This document shows, in pieces, positions 29,652-37,905 of a stretch of DNA of 64,000 bases (positions are counted from its first letter, which is position 1; every line of letters starts with the position of its first letter). Source of the DNA: an uncultured Holosporaceae bacterium (GTDB taxonomy: Bacteria; Pseudomonadota; Alphaproteobacteria; UBA3830; CASESI01); contig CASESI010000001.1 of the NCBI GenBank assembly GCA_949290705.1, forward strand, positions 37,783-101,782. Reading direction: 5' to 3'. The notes beneath the pieces are model-generated. The model did not search any database. It was given only the letters and a program-made list of their open reading frames with translations, and had not been told where the DNA came from. Both the position numbers and the translations under genes were made by a program.

Positions 29652-30020
29652 ATGGATATGCGAAATACTATATTGAACACATCAACCTTTAATAAGTTGA
29701 TTGACAGGATGAATTTCAATAATAATAAGCTTAAAATTATAAATGACAATGTTGTTGAGTCATTGCACCATACTTCAAGGCATGTTAAGAAGGATATATT
29801 TTTTATGCCTCCAGCTATCCAAAAAATTGATATGGCAATAACAAATCAAATGCATATAGAAATGCCAAAAACACATAGGTATAAGGAAAGTGCAAAAGTT
29901 GAACCAATTGACGCAAATGAACAACTTGCAGCTGGCCAGGGGACATATATGAATCAGCAAGAAGTTATGAGTGCCTATAAAAAATGGGTGAATTTATTCA
30001 ATGAAGTTTTGAAGGGATAG
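29652..30020 (+). CDS. flgB: Probable flagellar basal-body rod protein FlgB (highly divergent)
   Basis: 122 aa immediately upstream of flgC-fliE, the standard flgB-flgC-fliE order. Similarity at the N- and C-termini is weak and the usual N-terminal ANxxT-type rod motif is not recognisable. Confidence 0.45.
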   Translation: MDMRNTILNTSTFNKLIDRMNFNNNKLKIINDNVVESLHHTSRHVKKDIFFMPPAIQKIDMAITNQMHIEMPKTHRYKESAKVEPIDANEQLAAGQGTYMNQQEVMSAYKKWVNLFNEVLKG

Positions 30021-30032
30021 TAGGGGATTAAA

Positions 30033-30443
30033 ATGCAATTATCATCGTTACATCTTGCAAGATATGCAGCACTTGAAGGGATGAGAGCTCATCAATTTAC
30101 AATGAAGTGTGCAATGCAAAACCTTGCTCATGCAGGACTTAAAAGTACAAAAGATCATGATTATGTGAGAAAAATTGCTGTATTTAACACATCGGTTAAT
30201 ACGCGTAATAATATGCTGAAAATCAAAAAAAGAATAAAACAGGATGATAAAAATCCGTTCACATATGAATATAACCCCAATGATCCAGATGCAGATGAAA
30301 GAGGTTTTATAAAAAAGCTTAACATTAATCCAAATATAGAAACAGTCGATATTTCTAATGCTAAATACAATTATACCAACTGTTTAAAAATGTATGAGTT
30401 GATGGTTGATATAGAAAAGAAAACAAATAGTTTAATTTTATGA
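30033..30443 (+). CDS. flgC: Flagellar basal-body rod protein FlgC
   Basis: 136 aa. The middle and C-terminus, YEYNPNDPDADERGFIKKLNINPNIETVDISNAKYNY, parallel E. coli FlgC [36 protein letters not shown]. Confidence 0.8.
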   Translation: MQLSSLHLARYAALEGMRAHQFTMKCAMQNLAHAGLKSTKDHDYVRKIAVFNTSVNTRNNMLKIKKRIKQDDKNPFTYEYNPNDPDADERGFIKKLNINPNIETVDISNAKYNYTNCLKMYELMVDIEKKTNSLIL

Positions 30444-30455
30444 TAGGTAAGAATT

Positions 30456-30947
30456 ATGTCAGACAATAGCACTTTGAAAATAAATCAGAATACATTAAGG
30501 TTGTTTAATGAAGCAGCGAAAAGTATCAAAAATAAAAATTCAGGTGAAAATTTTGCAAATTTTTTGAATATCACAGCTCCAAAAGGAAAGTTTGTTGATA
30601 ATCAATATTTTAATACTAATAACATGTTGAACAGTAATACTATTAAAAATATTAATGTGTTTAATGATAACAAATTAGCAACGATCAACAAAGATATGAC
30701 GATTGATACAGTGATGAAAGATAATGAAACTGTATCAGATGGGATAATTAATGCTATTGGGAGAAAAATAAATTCGATTAAAGATACTGAAAAAAGAATA
30801 AATAATATAGCCTCATCGGATGATATAGATTCATTGGATTTAGTAACAAGTATACATAACCTTGAATTGGAATTTAAACAACTTAATATGTATGCAACAA
30901 AAATTGTCGATGCTGTAAAATCTATCCTCTATAACACCCAAGTGTAA
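30456..30947 (+). CDS. fliE: Flagellar hook-basal body complex protein FliE (extended N-terminus)
   Basis: C-terminus DLVTSIHNLELEFKQLNMYATKIVDAVKSILYNTQV matches the FliE C-terminal pattern (...DLHDVMIAMQKA...AYQEIMxMQV). Sits after flgC. Confidence 0.7.
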   Translation: MSDNSTLKINQNTLRLFNEAAKSIKNKNSGENFANFLNITAPKGKFVDNQYFNTNNMLNSNTIKNINVFNDNKLATINKDMTIDTVMKDNETVSDGIINAIGRKINSIKDTEKRINNIASSDDIDSLDLVTSIHNLELEFKQLNMYATKIVDAVKSILYNTQV

Positions 30948-31023
30948 AAATTTTTCAAAACAGGTTGTTTTTTTTTCTAGTTTAGTATTTTTTTAATAAA
31001 TATGTGCTATTATATATATAATT

Positions 31024-31602
31024 ATGGATTACCAAGGAATACTTTCGCTGGATTATTGGCTTGTAAAATTAAGTTTCATCAGCGATTTTTCTATTCTTGA
31101 CTATGCCATAATAGCAGTTACAGTTGTCTCCATAATCGACGCCTGCAAAAAAGGAATTGTTGATGAGATTTTGAATGCTATCCTTATTTGTGCGCCGACT
31201 GCTTTAAGTTATTTTTGTCATGATAATTTTATTACGAACGCATTGAAGGGGTATTTTTCGGATAGTGAATTTGTCCCATTTTTATACGTTGAGTACGTTG
31301 TTACGTTTGTGCTTAGTTTTATAGTTTTTCATTTAATCATCATTGATATGAAAGATAGGATGATCAAAAAAGATGATGAAAACCTAATAAGCATTAATAA
31401 AATGTTTGGTGCTGTTTTTGGTTTGATTCGTGTATATGTCCTTATTTTCTTTATAATTATTCTTTATGATGAATTCCCAAGTTTGGCTGTTGTTAAGGAG
31501 TCTTTCATTTGTTCAAATATAAATGCAGATGTTCAAAAGAGATTAAATAAAAATATTGTCAATAATATACAAAAGATAAAAGAAAGCGTAACTAAGAATT
31601 GA
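31024..31602 (+). CDS. cvpA: CvpA-family membrane protein
   Basis: LDYAIIAVTVVSIIDACKKGIVDEILNAI matches the CvpA N-terminal signature. Four TM segments. Confidence 0.7.
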   Translation: MDYQGILSLDYWLVKLSFISDFSILDYAIIAVTVVSIIDACKKGIVDEILNAILICAPTALSYFCHDNFITNALKGYFSDSEFVPFLYVEYVVTFVLSFIVFHLIIIDMKDRMIKKDDENLISINKMFGAVFGLIRVYVLIFFIIILYDEFPSLAVVKESFICSNINADVQKRLNKNIVNNIQKIKESVTKN

Positions 31603-31651
31603 GCAAGTCAAAAAATTATAGTAAAATAAGTCATTATTAGTGGGAGTTTTT

Positions 31652-32143
31652 ATGTATAAAGTTACCAAGATATTTTATGTTCTTGCGGCACTTTTTGTGA
31701 CAAGTTGTTCTGATTTCCAAATTGAGCCGGATGTGTATACAGGTGAAGAGTCAATGAACGATATGGATACGTATGCTTGTACTGTTTTAAGTAGACGGTC
31801 CGTCCAGGTTTCGGGATATAATGCAAATAACAATATAGCTGGAGGTTTGATTGGTGCCATTGCCGGTGGTGCTGTTGGAAATGCTTTTGGTGGAGGTCAT
31901 GGACGTTCTGCTATGACAGCCGTTGGTGCCCTTGGTGGGGCAGCTGCTGGTTCTGCAATCCAAGAGTCAACAAAGCAATCTAGAAAAATGTTGGCATATG
32001 AGTATACTGTGAAATTGGATATCAATGGTAGATTGAAAACAGTTGTTCAGAGTAGGAGTGTGATGCTTAAAAAAGGTGAAAGGGCATATCTCGTAATTGA
32101 TAGAAAGAGATCAGAAAGGTCGAGATTGATCCCAATGGAATAA
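31652..32143 (+). CDS. Outer-membrane lipoprotein, glycine-zipper (17-kDa surface antigen / SlyB-like) family
   Basis: Lipobox FVTSC. Glycine zipper GGLIGAIAGGAVGNAFGGGHGRSAMTAVGALGGAAAGSAI. Confidence 0.75.
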   Translation: MYKVTKIFYVLAALFVTSCSDFQIEPDVYTGEESMNDMDTYACTVLSRRSVQVSGYNANNNIAGGLIGAIAGGAVGNAFGGGHGRSAMTAVGALGGAAAGSAIQESTKQSRKMLAYEYTVKLDINGRLKTVVQSRSVMLKKGERAYLVIDRKRSERSRLIPME

Positions 32144-32151
32144 AAAAATTT

Positions 32152-33078
32152 TTATATAATATTTAATTCTTTTAAATTTTTTAAATCTTCTATTGTTTCT
32201 ATGTTGTAGACGTTGACGTTTTTGTTAATTCTTTTTACAAGACCAGATAAAACTTTTCCACTTCCGATTTCAATAGCACATTCTATTCCAAGATCAGTAA
32301 ATGATTCAACAGACTCTCTCCACTTGACACCATGGTTGATTTGCTCGGCAAGTAAAGTTTTTATCTCATCAGGATTTGTAACAGGTTTTGCAGTTACATT
32401 GGAAATAATAGGGATAATAGGTTGGTGAACGTTTGTTGATGAGAGAGCTTTGCTTAATACATTATAAGCATGCGTCATATAAGATGAATGGAATGGACCA
32501 CTTACATCAAGAGGTATAACTTTTTTTGCGCCATTCTTGAGTAGTATTTCGGATGCAAGTTTCAAATCATCCTGCATTCCGCTGAGTACAACCTGCATTT
32601 CTGAATTATCATTCGCAATTTCAACTTTTCCCAACTCTAATTTTTTCAAGTCAGATATACTGATTCCTATGCATGCGATCATTCCGCCAGCTTTGTTTGG
32701 GACAGAGGATTCCATAGCTTCGGATCGTGTTTTTAACAGTAGTAATGCATCCTTGAATGATAATGCTTCGGCAACTGTTAATGCGGAATATTCCCCGAGA
32801 GAATGGCCAATTCCGTAAGAAAAGTCAGAAACTTTTACACCAAATTCTTGCTTTAAAACAGAGAAAATTGCATAGCTTACAACCATCAAAGCAGGTTGAG
32901 AATTTACAGTGTTTTTTAATGCTTGTTCATCGTTGAAGATTATGTCTGTTAAATTTTTGTTCAACACAGAATCAGCTTCTTCAAAGACTTCTTTTGCAGT
33001 TTTAAAATTATCGTAAAAAGACTTTCCCATCCCAATCTTTTGGGATCCTTGCCCTGGGAACATACAAATTTTCTTCAT
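32152..33078 (-). CDS. fabD: Malonyl CoA-acyl carrier protein transacylase
   Basis: Motifs FPGQGSQ, GHSLGEYSAL (active-site Ser) and VSGPFHS. Confidence 0.95.
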   Translation of the reverse strand: MKKICMFPGQGSQKIGMGKSFYDNFKTAKEVFEEADSVLNKNLTDIIFNDEQALKNTVNSQPALMVVSYAIFSVLKQEFGVKVSDFSYGIGHSLGEYSALTVAEALSFKDALLLLKTRSEAMESSVPNKAGGMIACIGISISDLKKLELGKVEIANDNSEMQVVLSGMQDDLKLASEILLKNGAKKVIPLDVSGPFHSSYMTHAYNVLSKALSSTNVHQPIIPIISNVTAKPVTNPDEIKTLLAEQINHGVKWRESVESFTDLGIECAIEIGSGKVLSGLVKRINKNVNVYNIETIEDLKNLKELNII

Positions 33079-33146
33079 TTTTAAAAAGACCAATAACAAG
33101 GAAGAATGATAAACAAAATGGAATGAAAATGAAATGATTATTTTTT

Positions 33147-33692
33147 TTATGACTGTACCCAGCCTATATTTCTATCGTTACGCCAATACACGACATTGAC
33201 TTTGTTCCCATTCCTGAACACAAGTACTTGATTTGGTGTGTTGGTCAGAGCTTCAGTTGCTTCTTTTACGGTCATAGTTGGAATATTATCAATAATATCA
33301 GCGATTACCAAAGGTGCATTTTCCTCGCTGCCATAAAACTCAGCATTAGTTTCAGGGTTATCCAAATTAGTTTTAAACAAAAATTCAGATATCCTGTCTT
33401 TTTTGGACCTGGTGATTTGCTTATTTTTTTGTAGTTGCTTTATAATTTTCTTTCCAGCGTCTTCTATGCAAGCATAAGGATCAGCATTTTCGCCATGAGC
33501 GTTTATAGTTACCCCTCTTTTTAAATGAACTGAAATATCAGATTCATAATTACCATTTTCCTTACTAACTATCACTGAAAATTCAGCATCCTTTCCATAA
33601 TATTTTTTTACAATATCAGAAAGAGCGTTCTTGGCATATTCAGTTAAAGATTCTCCAAGATTAATTTGTTTTCCAGAAATTTTGCAATTCAT
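33147..33692 (-). CDS. hpf: Ribosome hibernation promoting factor (long HPF / sigma-54 modulation protein)
   Basis: S30AE-type N-terminal domain (GKQINLGESLTEYA...), with a C-terminal dimerisation domain ending VLVFRNGNKVNVVYWRNDRNIGWV. Directly downstream of rpoN. Confidence 0.9.
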   Translation of the reverse strand: MNCKISGKQINLGESLTEYAKNALSDIVKKYYGKDAEFSVIVSKENGNYESDISVHLKRGVTINAHGENADPYACIEDAGKKIIKQLQKNKQITRSKKDRISEFLFKTNLDNPETNAEFYGSEENAPLVIADIIDNIPTMTVKEATEALTNTPNQVLVFRNGNKVNVVYWRNDRNIGWVQS

Positions 33693-33739
33693 AACTTATA
33701 CCTCCTATTCAATGTTACAACAATATAATTATCGAAGCA

Positions 33740-35071
33740 TTAAATTTTATATAAAATTTTATTTTTTTTTCTTTTATTCGAAGTAGGGATATTCATTGAT
33801 TCTCTGTACTTGCTGATCGTTCTTCTTGCTATGTTGATACCTATTTCTGATAAAAGAGAGGCGATAACTTCGTCGGAATATGGGGAAAATTTATCTTCAT
33901 TTTTTATTAAGTTTTTTATTTTTTCTTTTATCATGTTTGATGAAAATGAATTTCCGTATGAGTCTTCAGTTTTTGATGAGAAAAAATATTTAAACTCGAA
34001 GATACCAAAGTCAGTCATTATATATTTGTTATTTGTTGCTCTGCTTACAGTGCTTTCATGTAGGCCAGTTTCATCAGCTATGTCCTTTAAAATCATTGGA
34101 GCAAGGAATTCTGGTCCTTTTTCAAAAAAATCTCTTTGTTGTTCAAGGATTTCTTTCGTAACTTTCATTATGGTACATGCTCTCATGTTTATAGCTTTGA
34201 TAATCGAATTTGCTGAATTTATATTTTCCGTATAGTATTTTTTTTCTTTAGTGGATTTTCGAACAGATTTTACTATGGATATATACTCTTCATCCATAAC
34301 AACTTTTGGCAAAGTTTCATTATTGAGTTCAATTTTCCAAGTGTTATTGTTAGTTTTTGTTATATAAACATCGGGAATTATTGTTTGAATATCATCGTCA
34401 TATTGGATGTTAGGATAAAGCCCCAGTTGAATTATTTCTTTAAAACAGCTCATCACATCGGATTTTTTTATTTTGCATAGATTAATGAATTCCTCAAATT
34501 TTTTATGAGTGATTAAATCGATTTTATTTGCTATTTTCTGTAAATTTATAGGGATGTTATTATCATATTTTTCGGATAGTTTTAATTGTAAGCATTCTTT
34601 GATATTTTTCGCAAATATTCCAACAGGAGTTATGTTGTTTTGTAATTTTTTGAGAACACTTTCGATCAAGTCTTCACTATTTTGTGTTTTGAGAGCGATT
34701 ATTTTTAATGGAATTTGCAGTAATCCGTGCTCATCAAGGTTCTCCATTAGAGTAAAAGCTATATTTTTTAAGAGTTTAGACGAAAATAGAGTTTCTATTT
34801 GGTTTGATATACTATTGTATATATTTTCATTTTCAGGGATATTTTCTATGTAATTTAAATTTTCTGAATTAATATTTTTATTACCTCGAGAGTTTGGTAA
34901 ACTGGTATTTCTGTCTATCAATTTTATGAAAGGGTTTTTTTCTGATTCTGATTTTATGAAATCTGCAAGTTCTATGTTGTTGAATTGTAATATTTGTATT
35001 GCTTGCTGAAGTTTTTGTGACATCACAATCGATGTCGATGCATTCAAATAAAATCCATTAGAACTTATCAT
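33740..35071 (-). CDS. rpoN: RNA polymerase sigma-54 factor
   Basis: N-terminal region I (SQKLQQAIQILQFNNIEL), HTH GLHESTVSRATNNKY, and RpoN box ARRTISKYRESM. Confidence 0.9.
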   Translation of the reverse strand: MISSNGFYLNASTSIVMSQKLQQAIQILQFNNIELADFIKSESEKNPFIKLIDRNTSLPNSRGNKNINSENLNYIENIPENENIYNSISNQIETLFSSKLLKNIAFTLMENLDEHGLLQIPLKIIALKTQNSEDLIESVLKKLQNNITPVGIFAKNIKECLQLKLSEKYDNNIPINLQKIANKIDLITHKKFEEFINLCKIKKSDVMSCFKEIIQLGLYPNIQYDDDIQTIIPDVYITKTNNNTWKIELNNETLPKVVMDEEYISIVKSVRKSTKEKKYYTENINSANSIIKAINMRACTIMKVTKEILEQQRDFFEKGPEFLAPMILKDIADETGLHESTVSRATNNKYIMTDFGIFEFKYFFSSKTEDSYGNSFSSNMIKEKIKNLIKNEDKFSPYSDEVIASLLSEIGINIARRTISKYRESMNIPTSNKRKKNKILYKI

Positions 35072-35129
35072 AATGTATTTATTACATCAGATAAAAGTTT
35101 ATCTTCAGTAAACAAATAATTTTATTTTT

Positions 35130-35834
35130 TTATTTTCCGTATCTTCTTGTGCGAGATTGAAAATGAGCGATTGCGTTCTGCAAATCATCTTTGGAAAAGT
35201 CAGGGAAAAGTTTTTCAGAAAAAAATAATTCGGAATATGATATCTGCCACAGCAAAAAATTACTAAGTCTGTATTCTCCACTTGTCCTTATTAAAAGGTC
35301 AGGATTTGGTAAACCTTTTGTATATAGATAATTTGCAAATAATTGTTCAGAAATGTCATCAATACTTATTTTTTGTGCAATCACGTCTTTTGCTATATTT
35401 TTGGTTGCATTTACAATTTCAAGATGAGATCCATAGTTCAATGCGATAGTAAGTGTTAGTTTGTTACATTCACATGTTTTTGAGACAGCAGAGTTAATTA
35501 TGGTAATTATTTTATCATCAAAATAGCTTATATCACCTATAACATTAAGCTTAATATTGTTCTTTATTAATTTAGGTATGTTTAATTTAAGATATTTATA
35601 AAAAATATTTTTTAGGTAAGAAACTTCCTGTTCAGAACGTTTTTGATTCTCGGTTGAAAAACAAAAAAATGTGAGATATTTTATACCAATTTTTAAAGCT
35701 TCATCTATCAGCGAAACCATAGCGTTATATCCTGCTATATGTCCTTCTATTTTATTAATTCCGCGTGCAGATGCCCACCTTCTGTTTCCATCTGGGATTA
35801 TCGCAATATGGTTTGGTAATAAACTGTCATTCAT
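35130..35834 (-). CDS. uppS: Isoprenyl transferase (undecaprenyl diphosphate synthase)
   Basis: Motifs HIAIIPDGNRRWA, FSTENQKR and DLLIRTSGEYRLSNFLLWQISYSELFF. Confidence 0.95.
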   Translation of the reverse strand: MNDSLLPNHIAIIPDGNRRWASARGINKIEGHIAGYNAMVSLIDEALKIGIKYLTFFCFSTENQKRSEQEVSYLKNIFYKYLKLNIPKLIKNNIKLNVIGDISYFDDKIITIINSAVSKTCECNKLTLTIALNYGSHLEIVNATKNIAKDVIAQKISIDDISEQLFANYLYTKGLPNPDLLIRTSGEYRLSNFLLWQISYSELFFSEKLFPDFSKDDLQNAIAHFQSRTRRYGK

Positions 35835-35893
35835 ATCGATCGTAAATTATACATTAGTATAGTGTTATTTTAATAAAACAAAATAATTTATTG

Positions 35894-36838
35894 TCATAGT
35901 TTATTTTTAAAAAAATCAGGTAAAGGGATATTTATAGTAATTTCATGGCCGAATACCTTTTTATTAATTACAACTTGAGAGGCATTCAAATGTAGATGTT
36001 TTTCATTATCTTTTTGTAGAGCATATTTTTGGTCACCAAGAATGTATCCTCCGAGAGTTTTGGAATGTACTCGTAATTGATGAGTTCGTCCTGTTAAGGG
36101 CATAAATTTAATTAGTATATATCTGTGATTGAGTTTTTTTACGACTTCATAATCAGTAATCGCTTCATCACCAGAATTGGAGACAACAACTAGTTCTTCC
36201 CCTGAGATAGTTTGTTTTTTCAGCTTGTTAACAATTGTTCCAAATGATTGAATGGAATTGTAAGCCTGTTTATCTGTAAAGCTTAAAATAGCAAAATAAG
36301 TTTTATGAATTAGTTTGTCTTCAAACGCTTTCGTTAATTTTCTTGCAGAATCTATTGTTTTTGCGATTAAAAGTATTCCCGATGTGTCTTTATCTATCCT
36401 GTGCACGATGCGTAGTTTTTGCACTTTAGGGTAATTTTCTGATCCGGAAGATTTATTTAACTCAGAGAGTTTCATTGTATAAGCATTCATTAGTGTCTCT
36501 ACGCAAAATTTTACCTTTGTTCCAAGTTGTACAGCCAAATGATCAGGTTTATTAATCGCTATTAAATCTTTATTTTCAAAAATAATCATGGACTTGAATT
36601 TTTCATACAATTCGTCTAAGTCTTTTTCTAGGTTTGGTTTTTTTTCTATTTCTAATTTTGCAAGGATTTCGATTTTATCACCATTTTTTAAATTTACATT
36701 TGATGAGATAGTACTATCGTTGATTTTTATCTGTTTTGTTCTTAAAAGTTTGTTTATCATCGAAAAAGGAATGCTTTGTTTTTTTAAAAAATTACACAGC
36801 TTTTGCCCGTCATGGCTTTCATCTATAAAAAATTTCAT
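35894..36838 (-). CDS. RluA-family 23S rRNA pseudouridine synthase (RluC/RluD-like)
   Basis: N-terminal S4 domain, catalytic HRIDKDTSGILLIAK, and GRTHQLRVH. Confidence 0.85.
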   Translation of the reverse strand: MKFFIDESHDGQKLCNFLKKQSIPFSMINKLLRTKQIKINDSTISSNVNLKNGDKIEILAKLEIEKKPNLEKDLDELYEKFKSMIIFENKDLIAINKPDHLAVQLGTKVKFCVETLMNAYTMKLSELNKSSGSENYPKVQKLRIVHRIDKDTSGILLIAKTIDSARKLTKAFEDKLIHKTYFAILSFTDKQAYNSIQSFGTIVNKLKKQTISGEELVVVSNSGDEAITDYEVVKKLNHRYILIKFMPLTGRTHQLRVHSKTLGGYILGDQKYALQKDNEKHLHLNASQVVINKKVFGHEITINIPLPDFFKNKL

Positions 36839-36845
36839 ATTTTTT

Positions 36846-36873
36846 TTGTACTTAATTTAGGATATTGTATAAT
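36846..36873 (+). promoter_or_regulatory. Sigma-70-like promoter (TTGTAC-16-TATAAT) ending 6 nt before the gatC ATG
   Basis: -10 TATAAT at 36868-36873 and ATG at 36880. This implies a leaderless or near-leaderless transcript. Confidence 0.3.
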
Positions 36874-36879
36874 GATCTC

Positions 36880-37167
36880 ATGGATATTACAAAAGAAGAA
36901 ATTTATCGTACGGCGAAATTGGCGAAATTAAAAGTTGCGGATTCTGATTTCGATAGTTTGCAGAAGGATTTGAAGCAGATTTTGGATTTTGTTGAGACTT
37001 TAAATGATTTGGATTGTTCAAATGTTGAACCACTGTTTGGTATAACAACGACTGCTGTCAGAGAGAGAAAGGATGAGGTCGGAAAAACACCAGATATCAA
37101 AGATTTATTGAAAAATGCGAATAATGTAAAGCACAACATGTTTGCTATTAAAAAGTTCGTTGAATAA
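36880..37167 (+). CDS. gatC: Asp/Glu-tRNA amidotransferase subunit C
   Basis: About 95 aa. IYRTAKLAKLKVADSDFDSLQKDLKQILDFVETLNDLD...VEPL is the typical GatC pattern. Confidence 0.85.
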   Translation: MDITKEEIYRTAKLAKLKVADSDFDSLQKDLKQILDFVETLNDLDCSNVEPLFGITTTAVRERKDEVGKTPDIKDLLKNANNVKHNMFAIKKFVE

Positions 37168-37176
37168 GTTAGGTTT

Positions 37177-37749
37177 GTGAATCTTTATAAAACAATAGAA
37201 TCATATTCAAGAAGTAAGTATTTGATTCATGTTCTTTGTGCTGTTTCTTTTGCGGAAAGTTCTTTTTTTCCAATTCCACCAGATGTGCTCTTAATTCCTG
37301 CCATTGTTGTTAATAAGTCCAATGCCTATAAATACGCACTCTACTGTTCGGTGTCATCTGTTTTAGGGGGAATTTTAGGATATTACATAGGTATGTTTTT
37401 GTTTGATTCAGTTGGAAAATGGTTAATAGAAACATACAATTATGGCGAGCAATTTGCAACTTTTACCAATGGTTTCAATAAATACGGCTTTTGGATTATT
37501 GCATTAAAGGGATTGACACCGATTCCATATAAACTTGTTACAATTACGAGTGGGTTTTCCAATGTAAATGTGGCGACTTTTATTTTTGCTTCAATTATAG
37601 CAAGAACTTCTAGGTTTTTTTTATTATCGTTTTTGTCTGTAAAGTTTGGTGTTAAGCTCTCGGATTTATTGAAAAAACACATGTGGGTATTTTTAATTAT
37701 TACTTTTTTTGTGGTAGTTTTAGGTTTTTATTTGTTCTCTTTAATATGA
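37177..37749 (+). CDS. YqaA/DedA-superfamily membrane protein
   Basis: FAESSFFPIPPDVLLIP motif and four TM segments. GTG start. Confidence 0.75.
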   Translation: MNLYKTIESYSRSKYLIHVLCAVSFAESSFFPIPPDVLLIPAIVVNKSNAYKYALYCSVSSVLGGILGYYIGMFLFDSVGKWLIETYNYGEQFATFTNGFNKYGFWIIALKGLTPIPYKLVTITSGFSNVNVATFIFASIIARTSRFFLLSFLSVKFGVKLSDLLKKHMWVFLIITFFVVVLGFYLFSLI

Positions 37750-37905
37750 TTTTTTCTTATTGAGGGAAAAACTGATGTTGAATTATTTATTCAAAAGTCA
37801 ATATAAAAAAATATAATTTATTGATGACTTTATTTTTAAAACGTGTGATAATTAGTGTGTTGGTTTTTTGAAAAGCCATAGATTCTCTGGATAGGAGGGT
37901 GTTTT

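Noticed and set aside
37750-37905. NrdR box or FNR box (TTGAT-N4-ATCAA) upstream of nrdD, for example ttgatgactttatt and acgtgtgataattagtgtgt.
   Set aside because: Neither sequence is a real palindrome or a close match to the consensus. They are only partial half-sites in AT-rich DNA.
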